Shown here piece by piece: positions 1 to 9,941 of a stretch of 30,379 nt of DNA (its first letter is position 1; each line of letters starts with the position of its first letter). The stretch is from Macrostomum lignano (Eukaryota), in assembly GCA_002269645.1 (NCBI GenBank), contig NIVC01004952.1, forward strand, positions 1 to 30,379. The letters are read 5' to 3'. Under the pieces are notes generated by a model. That model was not told the origin of the DNA, made no database searches, and was given only the letters and a program-made list of their open reading frames with translations. A program made the position numbers and the translations under genes.

Positions 1-258
1 TATATGGGACAAATTTGAAAAGAGGAGGCATCCAAACACTGTTCAAAGTCTATGCAGTCCAGACCTCAACTTGTGCAATTGCTCCTTTAGCTAGATGAAG
101 AGAGACCTATGCCATAGATAGTTTGCTAATTATTCAAGGTTGAGGCAGCCGTGTTGCATTGGGCAAAGAGCCTAGACAAAAATGCCCTTGCTGCTGAAGT
201 GTGTAAGCTTCTGGAATATTGCAAAACTGTCATTGGTCTAGGGGATGTTATGTTATAA
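1..258 (+). mobile_element. Degenerate mariner/Tc1-superfamily transposase C-terminal fragment (stops and frameshift; runs off the left edge)
   Basis: Piecewise translation gives IWDKFEKRRHPNTVQSLCSPDLNLCNCSFS*MKRDLCHR*FANY then, after a shift, FKVEAAVLHWAKSLDKNALAAEVCKLLEYCKTVIGLGDVML*. This follows the mariner C-terminal pattern HPPYSPDLxPxD...LKxxLxGxRF...EVxxAVxxW...GIxKLxxRWxKCxxxxGDY. Recognised by eye, no search run. Confidence 0.62.
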
Positions 259-311
259 ACTGATACAGTTTTGCTATCAGTGAATCACTTGTTCTTATGC
301 TATTCATTGAG

Positions 312-1212
312 CAGTGTTGGGCACCATTAATGAAAATCTTAACTTCCATTTATAGCAAAAGCGTTAGCATTAAAACAAAAAATCTTAACTTTTTAACTCC
401 TAATTCTGTTAAGTTAACTGAAAGTTAACTGATAATCGTTAATAAGCGTTAATCCATTAAAGTTAACACAGAAAATATGGAAATCTTGCACGTTTTTTTC
501 CAAAACAGACTTCGTAATGCACGTCTTTGCTTTTCCATCTTTTTAGCGAAACACAGAGGTCATCTAAGTGATTTTTGAAAGCTAAAAAAGTAATAAATAA
601 TCATTTTAAAAACTTGCATGCATAATACTACTAAAAGTAAAGCATGTAGTAAAAAAGTAACTTATTTTATTTGAAACTTAAAGCTAATAACGAGAAATTC
701 ATAATTAAGTTATAATTAAGAAATAACAACTTATATATATTTAAATACGCATAGGAAGGTTGTTTCAGTACCATTAGCAGGTGCAGCAGAAAGTTGCGAA
801 AGATTGGGACAGAAGTGAATCAAAGCGATCGATGCTCACGCGCAAGAAATAAAGTTTCACACTATTTTAATTCATTATTTTAAAATTTATTTGTAAGAAG
901 TTGTTAATTACATGTACGTCTGTATGATCATCGTCATAAATAAAGAGAAGGTAAGCTCAAATACGTTCGTAATGTTTAAACTTCTTGTAAGACTTCTATT
1001 TTTCGTTCCTTCTTTGCGTCTTTGGTCATTGACATAGACACTACCGTTAACAATGAATTTATCATTAATTCACAAATTTTTTAATGCAAATTTGTTAATC
1101 CATTAGTTCAAAAAAATCTTAACAACAGTCTGTTAACGTTAATGAAAATCTTAATGCTTATTAACGCTTATTAACGGATTAACGCTTATTAACGGACTGG
1201 TGCCCAACACTA
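312..1212. mobile_element. Non-autonomous hAT-type element (901 bp) with 8-bp TSD
   Basis: AGTGTTGGGCACCA (313-326) is the exact reverse complement of TGGTGCCCAACACT (1198-1211). Flanks TCATTGAG at 304-311 and 1213-1220 are identical. Subterminal TTAAC/TTAACG and AAAATCTTAAC repeats lie at both ends. No ORF. Confidence 0.88.
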
Positions 1213-1958
1213 TCATTGAGTTGCATGATTATCCAGATACACAAAGTAATAGCAGGCTTATTTGAATAATGCCAACTAAATAAGCATTACTAATAAAATA
1301 TGCACTTAGGCCTATCAAAAAGTAAAATATGCATTGTTTTATTATATAAGAAGATAATGACTAGTAACTTTGGTATAAACTAAACAAATAAATAAAAAGA
1401 AGTCAAAACTAAGTTAAGCCTTGCAATATAGATTTTTAGACTATACTATAAGTACTATTATAATATTTTGTCTACTATAAGTTAGTTACACTTAGTATTA
1501 ATTATAAATATTTGCAACTTACCCCTGGTCCACCACAATTTATGGTGGCCAGATTGGCCAGCAGTTGCGCATGTATGCATAGCACAATATGTTTGCAACT
1601 GTTCAAGCTCAAGTATTTCCTCAAGATATACCACATGTTATCATCTTTTAATTATAAGCCATAGCTTATAAGCCTAGGCCTTAACTCCTAATAGGCTAAC
1701 ATTCTTGTTTTTTCAAACACAAACTTTTCAGTCTTTAATTCCTAAATTCCTATTTATCCTAAATTCATTCCCTTAGGCTTAAATTATAAGCCACAAAACC
1801 AATATATAAGGCCTAGACCCTAATTCTTAATTTGTTCCAAATCTTTAACTTATATCAAAGTGATTATTAAGTATTTAGATTATCAACTTTCCAAATCCAA
1901 TTCAAACTAAATTTTTAGTCAATTTGATTTAATTCCAAATATTTGTCTTATTTTTAAC

Positions 1959-2270
1959 CAGGGGTAGATTTAGGGGTATAGGGGAGGGTAGCTGCCCCCC
2001 CCCTAAATTGCTTGACAAAACATATTGCGCCCCTTAAAATCAAATTTGTGCCCTTTCAACTTGATTTTTCACTTTTAAATGCCTTTTTTATGCCCCTAAG
2101 CTTGATTTTTTGCTCTTTACATGCATTTTTACACCCCTAAGCTTGATTTTTTGCCCTTCCACACATTTTTAGCATCCAATAGCTTAAAAATTGGTGCTTC
2201 TTATACTCATGTTGGTACTATAAACTTGGACTACCCCCCCCCCTAAAATGAAACTTTAGATCTACCACTA
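1959..2270. mobile_element. hAT-type MITE (312 bp) with imperfect TIRs and internal ~42-bp repeats
   Basis: Left end CAGGGGTAGATTTAG; right end reverse complement TAGTGGTAGATCTAA. Flanks TTTTTAAC (1951-1958) and TTTCTAAC (2271-2278) match 7/8. About three CTTGATTTTT...CCCCTAAG units lie at ~2060-2185. Confidence 0.7.
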
Positions 2271-3644
2271 TTTCTAACTATGCCTCTAAAGGCTAGGATA
2301 CTACATATATAAGTCTAGATAGGCTTAATTATATAAGTTAAATTTTTTATCTAGGCCTTTATTATGTTTTTTTATATTATATAAATATAATATTATATTT
2401 TTTATCTGGGCCTTTATATATTTTAAATATTTATAATTATATAATAAATATAATAAATATATAAAAATATCATATAAAAATTGGCATTAACTATAACTTA
2501 TAAATATTTGGCATAGTTCTAGTTTACTTCATTATTTTTATACCAAGTCAAATTATTATACTTTTATACTTACTTAATTTCCCAAGTGAAAGTTTTTTCT
2601 TCGAATCCCTTGTAAGTGTTGCATATATAGTTGAATCTGCTTGTGACCAATTAGTGTTTTCATATTTTGATATTGAGATATATCTCATGCGATTTAATGT
2701 AGCAATTGCCACAAAATTATTTTGTGTTGAGAAAGGCAATTTTTTACTTGTTAATTTTATAGGTAGAGTCATAGTTGTTTGTTGAACATGACTTGTATCA
2801 ATATCTTTGTTTTTAGGATAGCCATCTGATAATTGCATTTGATAACCAAGCAGTTTTTTATTTAAGTCCATTGTTATATTATTATTATTGCAAATAGGCT
2901 AGGCTAAGGCTTGTAGCTCCGACAGTCTTCTTTTGGCTTTATAATATGACTCTATCAGGTGTTTTAGGAAAGGCCCACACTTAAAAAGTTACTGCTGGTT
3001 GGGCTCAGAAAGAAACAATTTCTTTGTATAGTAGGCCTAGGCCCCTATGGCCTACGTCTAGATAAGTACAATGTAGCGTGCTAAAATACTAAGTCAAGTT
3101 CAACCGCTTCAACACTAGCAAAAATCAGAATCTTAGCAGATCGTCGAGGAGTCGAGGACGAGGTGCTATTAATGTAGTGAACTAAATTAATAGATATATA
3201 GTATAAGGGCATTTTCAATTTTACTTCAACATTTTTAATGCAAAGAGATCTACTAAGGAGTAGTAATTTTCTGATTTTATAATTATTACTCTATGCCTTT
3301 TATTACTATTTGCCTGCCTCACTGCCTGTAGCCGAAGTCTACTAACTCTCTATGCCCGATTTTAGCACACCGCGGTCGTACCGTTAATGTTCGCATAAAG
3401 TTAAACTTTTGTTGATAACAGATAACACCTTTTAACAAACGAAGTGCCCCAGGAGACAAGAAGGACCCTTTTTGAATTTTGTACATGTATGTAGTTGAAA
3501 GGGGAAAAAGAAAACAATGAAGCTAAATAGTAATGTAGCATCATACGAAAATCGTTATAATTTCTTTTTATTTGAAAATACATAGTGTAAATTCAATAAC
3601 GAACTAGCTATATAGTGCTGAGTTCCGCCTTTTTAAGCCTTAAT

Positions 3645-3824
3645 CAGGGACAACTAAAACATTCGGGACGCGAAACGAGCCAAATCCTTTCAGCAGCTAA
3701 GCTGATCGTAATGCATTTAATGCATGAAAAACTGGGTGCCCATAGACTAAAACAAGGTCCGGCCTCCAACTTTTTTCACAATGATTTGGCTCGCTTCGCG
3801 TCCTGAGTGTTTTAGTTGTCCCTG
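3645..3824. mobile_element. hAT-type MITE (180 bp) with 42-bp TIRs and perfect 8-bp TSD
   Basis: 3645-3686 (CAGGGACAACTAAAACATTCGGGACGCGAAACGAGCCAAATC) pairs with 3783-3824 with 3 mismatches. GCCTTAAT flanks both sides (3637-3644, 3825-3832). Confidence 0.88.
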
Positions 3825-4488
3825 GCCTTAATTGGAGGCTTGGATATTAGAACATTAGAAATTAACTAGCCATTTAGCCCCCGCTGGGGGCCTTACAATG
3901 ACACCAAATTATTGCCCTGAATCAAAACTTTCCTTCATCAACCCAAAACCCTTTCTCAATCAGCAAATAGTGCTTATCCTTTCAAGCACAAACTCTTAGT
4001 GCATATTTTCACTGGCCGGGGCATATTCTAGTCTATAGCAGGAGCTCACGGCCTTAATTAGACCCCTCTTTATTAGCCTAACTCAAAGAACCAAACCTTT
4101 ATTAAATACACTGATATTTCCTATTACAAGAAATCAGCATCACTTGTGTGCACTATTTCGTTATCTTAAATACATGAGCTACCTGAGCCGTACTACTTGA
4201 CGATCTTACAATCGCTCAGCAACCTAACCCCCTCCCCAACAATTCAGCCATCCCCTATTGAGCCATGATATTCCAAGAGTGATATTCCAAGGGCTATCTC
4301 AAGACCCCAGTAGGCCTTGATATCTCAGTAATTCCCCCAGTAAGCCTTGGCATCTGAGGAATTCCCTCATTAAACATCGACATCGCAGCAATTAAACTCG
4401 AGCGTTGACATCTACGCAATTTGCCCAGCCCAGTAAGCGTTGGGGAGCAAAGAAAGAATGTAATAATTTTAATAATGATGTAATCTAC

Positions 4489-5280
4489 CAAGCATCCCCC
4501 AGACAGCAAGCAATCCCCTAGACAGCAAACAATCCCCCAGACAGCAAACAATCCCCCAGACAGCAAACAATCCCCCAGACAGCAAGCATCCCCCAGACAG
4601 CAAGCATTCCTCAGACAGCAAACATCCCCCAGACAGCAAGCAATCCCCTAGACAGCAAGCATTCCTCAGACAGCAAACATCTCCCAGACAGCAAGCAATC
4701 CCCTAGACAGCAAACAATCCCCCAGACAGCAAACAATCCCCCAGACAGCAAGCATCCCCCAGACAGCAAGCATTCCTCAGACAGCAAACATCCCCCAGAC
4801 AGCAAGCAATCCCCTAGACAGCAAGCATTCCTCAGACAGCAAACATCTCCCAGACAGCAAGCAATCCCCTAGACAGCAAACAATAATCTCCCAGATAGCA
4901 AACAATCCCCCAGACAGCAAGCATCCCCCAGACAGCAAGCATTCCTCAGACAGCAAACATCTCCCAGACAGCAAGCAATACCCTAGACAGCAAACAATAA
5001 TCTCCCAGATAGCAAACAATCCCCCAGACAGCAAGCATCCCCCAGACAGCAAGCATTCCTCAGACAGCAAACATCTCCCAGACAGCAAGCAATCCCCTAG
5101 ACAGCAAACAATAATCTCCCAGATAGCAAACAATCCCCCAGACAGCAAGCATCCCCCAGACAGCAAGCATTCCTCAGACAGCAAACATCCCCCAGACAGC
5201 AAGCAATACCCTAGACAGCAAACAAGCCCCCAGACAGCAAGCATCCCCCGACCCCCAGACAGCAAGCATCCCCCAGACAG
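4489..5280. repeat. Minisatellite of 18-22-bp monomers (CAGACAGCAAGCATCCCC-like) with a 114-bp higher-order repeat
   Basis: Directly visible. The diagnostic CAATAATCTC variant recurs at 4881, 4995 and 5109 (period 114). Confidence 0.95.
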
Positions 5281-5735
5281 AGGGCACACACAGACACCAT
5301 TTTTAGCATCAGCCATATATGCTTCGGCACTGCAGTCAAATACATAGCAGTGATATACACAGTGAGTGATATATAGCAGTGAGGCCTATACACAGTTGCG
5401 CAATACTTCAATACTTTTAAAGTGCACTGGCTGATATCTCTCCTCTATGCAAAAAAGCATGTTTTCGAATACTCGTATTTAATTATTTATAGCTCGTAGC
5501 ATTAGATCAAGAAGTTGAAGTTTAGTCTATGGCCATAGACATATTGAGCCCTCACTGCGAGTAAAATACACTAATTAGATAGGGAAAATACAGTTTTTCG
5601 AATATTAACTTGCTGGACCAAATTAAATGCCGCTGTGCCAGCCTTGCTACCATAGACAAAAGCTCCGTTGCATTGGCAAACGTATCTTGGAATAAATTAA
5701 ATGCGCGTAAGCCCAAATGGGCTGCAAAATGGTAT

Positions 5736-5877
5736 ATAATAAACGCCGTTTAATTCATCATAGTCTATATCCTCGGCTGCAATCAATGGTCCTCGGCTCG
5801 CTTTGCTCGCCTCGGGACCATTAAATGCAGCCTCGGATATTCTAACCACAGAATGTGAATTAAACGGCGTTTATTAT
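5736..5877. mobile_element. Small foldback/palindromic element (MITE-like, possible TA TSD)
   Basis: ATAATAAACGCCGTTTAATTCA (5736-5757) pairs perfectly with 5856-5877. The inner arms ATATCCTCGGCTGCAATCAATGGTCC and GGACCATTAAATGCAGCCTCGGATAT pair imperfectly. TA lies at 5733-34 and 5879-80. Confidence 0.6.
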
Positions 5878-5902
5878 TTACTTAAACTAGACGGCAAAAT
5901 GC

Positions 5903-5908
5903 TTTATT
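5903..5908 (-). promoter_or_regulatory. Candidate polyadenylation signal (AATAAA) for the 5995-6768 gene
   Basis: TTTATT on the + strand, ~87 nt past the TAG at 5995. Confidence 0.35.
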
Positions 5909-5994
5909 AAGCTCTTAGCATTAAACGCTGGATTTCTGCCTCGAAAATTTCAGCACGTGAAAAGCAAACAAGCAAAGTGCAACACTCAATCAAA

Positions 5995-6768
5995 CTATTG
6001 AAACGGGCCAGATATAAAGAGTCCTCTCAACCAAGCAGGTTCAATTAGCGTCTCACCAAAGTCGTAGCTCAGGGACGGCCGACTCTCGATGAAGCTATGG
6101 TAGTTGACACCGAAGATGGCGTCTTCTGACTCGATGTCGCTCGATGAGGGGCGGCGCTGAAACCGGGGGAGGGAAAGTCGGCAGTTGGAGAGGATGTTCA
6201 CTCAGACGGTCCCCCAGGGTTGCTCAAAGAACTGAAATGTGTCGGGGGGGGGGGGGGTGAAGCAGAGATCTCCGAACGGAGTGAAGAGGTTTGGTTCCAA
6301 GCAGGAAAAATCAGCGGTCCAAAGAGGAACCAACTGGCCCGGCGATTCTTGAAATACTTCGATTCTGATTGGCTGAGCCGATTTTCTAATCGCCAACTGT
6401 GTGTGTTCTGATTCGTTGATCTTGATGTTAGCCGAACCTGAAAGCCCCGGAGAACCCTCGAAAAGTGATAGGTGCAGCCATAAATCAATAAATCATCCCA
6501 TTTAATAAAATATGATTTATGAGTATCAGCGATGCCAAGTCCAACATCAACCTGAAAATATACTCGTACATTAGATTGTTGATGAAGAGGAGAGTGCAAT
6601 GGGATTATCTATGAGGTGACTAGGATTAAAACGAATATACTTATAAGGGTGAAGGTCACAGCTGACAGTCAAAATACCGTCTCGCTTGGAAAAATCTGAA
6701 CAATAGAATGAGAGAAAAAAAGCGCGAGTCACGTAGCCAGGGAAAGCAGCGTACAACCTGTTTGACAT
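5995..6768 (-). CDS. Probable unrecognised protein-coding gene, exon structure unresolved, divergent from the serine racemase gene
   Basis: One frame reads GSANIKINESEHTQLAIRKSAQPIRIEVFQESPGQLVPLWTADFSCLEPNLFTPFGDLCF... from a candidate acceptor at 6438-6439. The same frame resumes ...RRPSSSDIESEDAIFGVNYHSFIESRPSLSYDFGETLIEPAWLRGLFISGPFQ* after a strong pyrimidine-tract acceptor near 6157. A minus-strand AATAAA lies at 5903-5908, and a candidate ATG at 6768. No family recognised. Confidence 0.4.
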
Positions 6769-7062
6769 GTGTTTAACCCATTCGTTAGAGGGAGTGTGCA
6801 CTGGTATTGCATGTACAGTGCATGCATGGACTGCACGATTTTATATGTACACTTCGACTATTGGCTAAGTAAATGCTTGGAACTGTTCATCTGTGTCTTG
6901 CTAAAATGTCAGATAAGCATTCGCAAGGGAGAGATTCGGGTTGAATACTGCATGGCGTGGGACACAAAAAAGCATACGAGATTTCGAAAGCCAAATTTTA
7001 GCATTTTCACGAACCTCAGGATTGATTGAAAGAAATACTGATTCAATAAAACCAATGCAAAG

Positions 7063-9222
7063 ATGTCGGTGTCGACTCCAACAGCCGCGGCCGCAGCGCC
7101 CCACCATTCTAAGCAAATATCATTCGATAAAATCGCCTCGGCAGCGCAGCGTCTGCGCGACCGGCTGCACCGCACGCCGGTGATGACCAGCAGAATTCTG
7201 GACGCCATGTCATCGCGCCAGCTGTATTTCAAGTGCGAACACCTGCAGCGGACTGGCAGCTTCAAGGCGCGCGGAGCGCTGAACGCCGTCCTGTGCCTGC
7301 TGGAAGAGGCGCGGGAGAACGGCCGCGCCACGCCTGCTGGAGTGGCGACGCACAGCAGTGGCAACCACGGGCAGGTGCGGCTCATTTGCCGATGGCTTTT
7401 ACAAAGCGGAAGTTTTACCTAGTACAAATGTCAACTTTATCCCTAATTAGGCCCTGGCCTGGGCAGCCCGAGAATGCGGCCTCACCTGCTGCGTGGTGGT
7501 GCCCGAGGGCACCTCGCCAGCCAAGACGGCTGCCATCCGAGCCTACGGAGCCGAGATCTTCCTCTGCCAGCCGAATATGCGCGCCAGGCGCCAGGCTTGC
7601 GCTCGGCTGGCCGAGGAGCGCGGCCTTGTTGTGGTGCCGCCGTTTGACGACTACCGCGTGATGGCTGGGCAGGGCACCGTGGCCCTCGAGCTGCTGGAGC
7701 AGGTGGCCGAGCTGGACGCTGTCTTGGTAAGTCCCTGGTGCTCTGTTTGTTAGTTTATACCTGCAGTGGGGCTTCGGGCACTCCCACAAATCAAAGCAAC
7801 GGCGGCCCCGACTTTCTCATAGTTTCCAGGCGAGCGTTGCCCTGAGAAGTCCCAGGCGAATTCTCGCGCTCGAGCCAGCGCAGCTCAGCAATTGACACTT
7901 ACGACTCTTGCTCCATGATAGCCCGGGTTGCGATCCGTGTTCGCGTGGCCACATCAAACTGGCCAGATGCTTCCCCTCTCATCCGCGGGGGATTTCATTA
8001 GCGCGAAATTTCATAACCTCTAAATGTTATCTACTTTTGCAACAGCGAAACTTCGTAATGGCTAAATCACCAACTAAAGTTACATTTAGCGGGTATGAAG
8101 TTTCGCGTTTGTGAAAGCAACCCAAATCACTTTGTCTCCAAGCCCTCCTGCTACTCGTACAATCGAAAGTCTAGCAAGATGCCTAGCATGAGTTAAGTTT
8201 TGTGGCGCATTTTCGTGTAACTTCGTCTGAATCACAGATAAAATTAATTTTTCTAATTGTGGTTTCATCTTTACTGGAAACTGCTCCGGAGAAATGAAAC
8301 ATATCATACGAGTACAACTTACGCAGCATACGCGACTTAAAATTTACATAAAAATCTCATAAAGTTACATAAATTTTCTTTAAACGTTTAATAGCTACCG
8401 CATGTACAACTATCGGTGCACACAAGCATGTTTTTTGTTTTTCTACTATTATCGTCGAAATTCAATATCTAGCTCGCAGGAATAGCGCAACGTTGGAAAC
8501 TTCCGATTTTGAGCATGAAACCGAAACAGAACAAAGTGTCCAAGGCCAAATCATCAGACCGGAACATTTTCAGAGGACGTAAACCACAAACAAAATATTT
8601 TGAGTGCGCCTAATGGCTACATACCGCGCCACTGACCTTCCTGACCTGCAGGTGCCCATCAGCGGCGGCGGCCTCAGCAGCGGCATCGCGGTGGCCTGCC
8701 GCCACCTGAAGCCGGAGCTCCGCGTTCACTGCGTGGAGCCAGCCGGTAAAGGCCTCGCCGAATGCCTGGCGGCCCGCCAACCTCTATGGCCCAACCCCGA
8801 CGCCTTCTTGACGACCATCGCAGATGGCCTGCGGCTGCAGTCGGCGGGGGAGCTCACCTTCCCGGTGCTTTGCGACCTCGCCCAGCCCGTCGTGCTGTCT
8901 GTCTCGGACGCCGAAATGGCGCTGGGCTGTCGCCTGGCCTTCCGCTACCTGAAGCAGGTGCGTCAGGTGTCTGTTTAAGGTAGAGCAGGACAGAAGGGGC
9001 AGCGCAAGTCACCTGTAGGAGAGGGGATGAAGAAACCCTAAAACATCTCCGTGCCGTCAGGTCATCGAGCCAGCCAGCGCCGCGGCTCTGCACGCCGCGG
9101 TGTTCGCCGCAGCGGACCGCCTGCCCGATCATCTGCGCCACATTGGAGTTGTCCTCACCGGAGGCAACCTGGATCCCGACACTCTGCCTTCGCTGCTGGC
9201 CATGGCGGGTGGCAGCGAATAA
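7063..9222 (+). CDS. SRR: PLP-dependent serine racemase / serine-threonine dehydratase family protein, 351 aa; exons 7063-7374, 7451-7726, 8652-8957, 9061-9222
   Basis: The exons join in frame through three phase-0 GT-AG introns. Motifs: EHLQRTGSFKARGA (PLP lysine), THSSGNHGQALAWAA, PPFDDYRVMAGQGTVALE, VPISGGGLSSG, TIADGL, IEPASAA, VLTGGNLD. The fold-type II PLP family is secure; the SRR symbol rather than a dehydratase paralogue is inferred from the HSSGNHGQA motif. Confidence 0.93.
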
Positions 9223-9251
9223 AGTTGACGAGTGAAAGTCACTTGTCACGT

Positions 9252-9257
9252 AATAAA
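9252..9257 (+). promoter_or_regulatory. Polyadenylation signal of the serine racemase gene (a second AATAAA overlaps the stop codon, 9218-9223)
   Basis: AATAAA 30 nt after the TAA stop. Confidence 0.5.
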
Positions 9258-9876
9258 AACTGCAGTAAAGCACATGGGTTGCAGACATTTCACCCGAATT
9301 GCTGCATTCTAGACTTGCGATTGGTGGTTGAGGGTGTGCAGGTGCATTGTGATTCACCTGAGTTTCGGTTATAAGTAATTTTAAATGAATGATGCGAATA
9401 AAAATTGTGTTAGCGATTCCTGCCTATTTAAAAGTTCATGGGCTAAGACTCGGCGAGTAATTTTTTTGCAATTTATTTTGCTGTTTTAAAATTTCCGGCA
9501 CTTCCAGGGGAAATTCTCAGTGATGCAACAGCACTGCTCTTAGTAGCAATGTGGACCGATTCTGCTTGAATTTGTTGAAGTTGAAAAATTTGCAATACAA
9601 CAGTTATCTCAATTTTTCAGCAATAAGCAAATTTTCAAACTTGTGACATCCAGAGCACAGCTCTGCCGCATTCCGCAGCAACATTTCAGTTATCTGAGCT
9701 TTACTTCCGAAAATCCGAAAATTTAATTGCTAAGTTTTAATTCCAACGAAGGCCCAGCTCTGCTAGGCCAGCAACTAGAGCTTTTTGTGTTGCTGGGTAA
9801 GCATAATACATTAGTATTGTACTCGTATATACATCTCATTTTAGCCTCGATATGCAGTCTGAGAGCCAATAATCAG

Positions 9877-9882
9877 TTTATT
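9877..9882 (-). promoter_or_regulatory. Polyadenylation signal of the SLC5 gene
   Basis: TTTATT on the + strand, 60 nt past the TAG at 9942-9944. Confidence 0.5.
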
Positions 9883-9941
9883 TGATAGCTACTGTTGGAG
9901 ACACGACGCTTGTACAGTGCGGTTTGAGCGGTTGGGACCCG

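Noticed and set aside
4294-5411. Leu/Cys/Gly-rich ORFs (LLSGGCLLSEEC...), and similar ORFs at 13914-14258, 16186-16819, 23151-23828 and 27227-27583
   Set aside because: All are translations of tandem repeats.
6202-6204. In-frame TGA as selenocysteine (GTV*VNILSNC)
   Set aside because: I found no ATGA/AA/GA SECIS-like stem between 5995 and the polyA signal. A 51-nt intron or an indel in the G14 run explains it more simply.
6470-6510. KWDDLLIYG resembling a reverse transcriptase YxDD motif
   Set aside because: The residue before DD does not fit, and no other RT motifs, LTRs or TSDs are in register.
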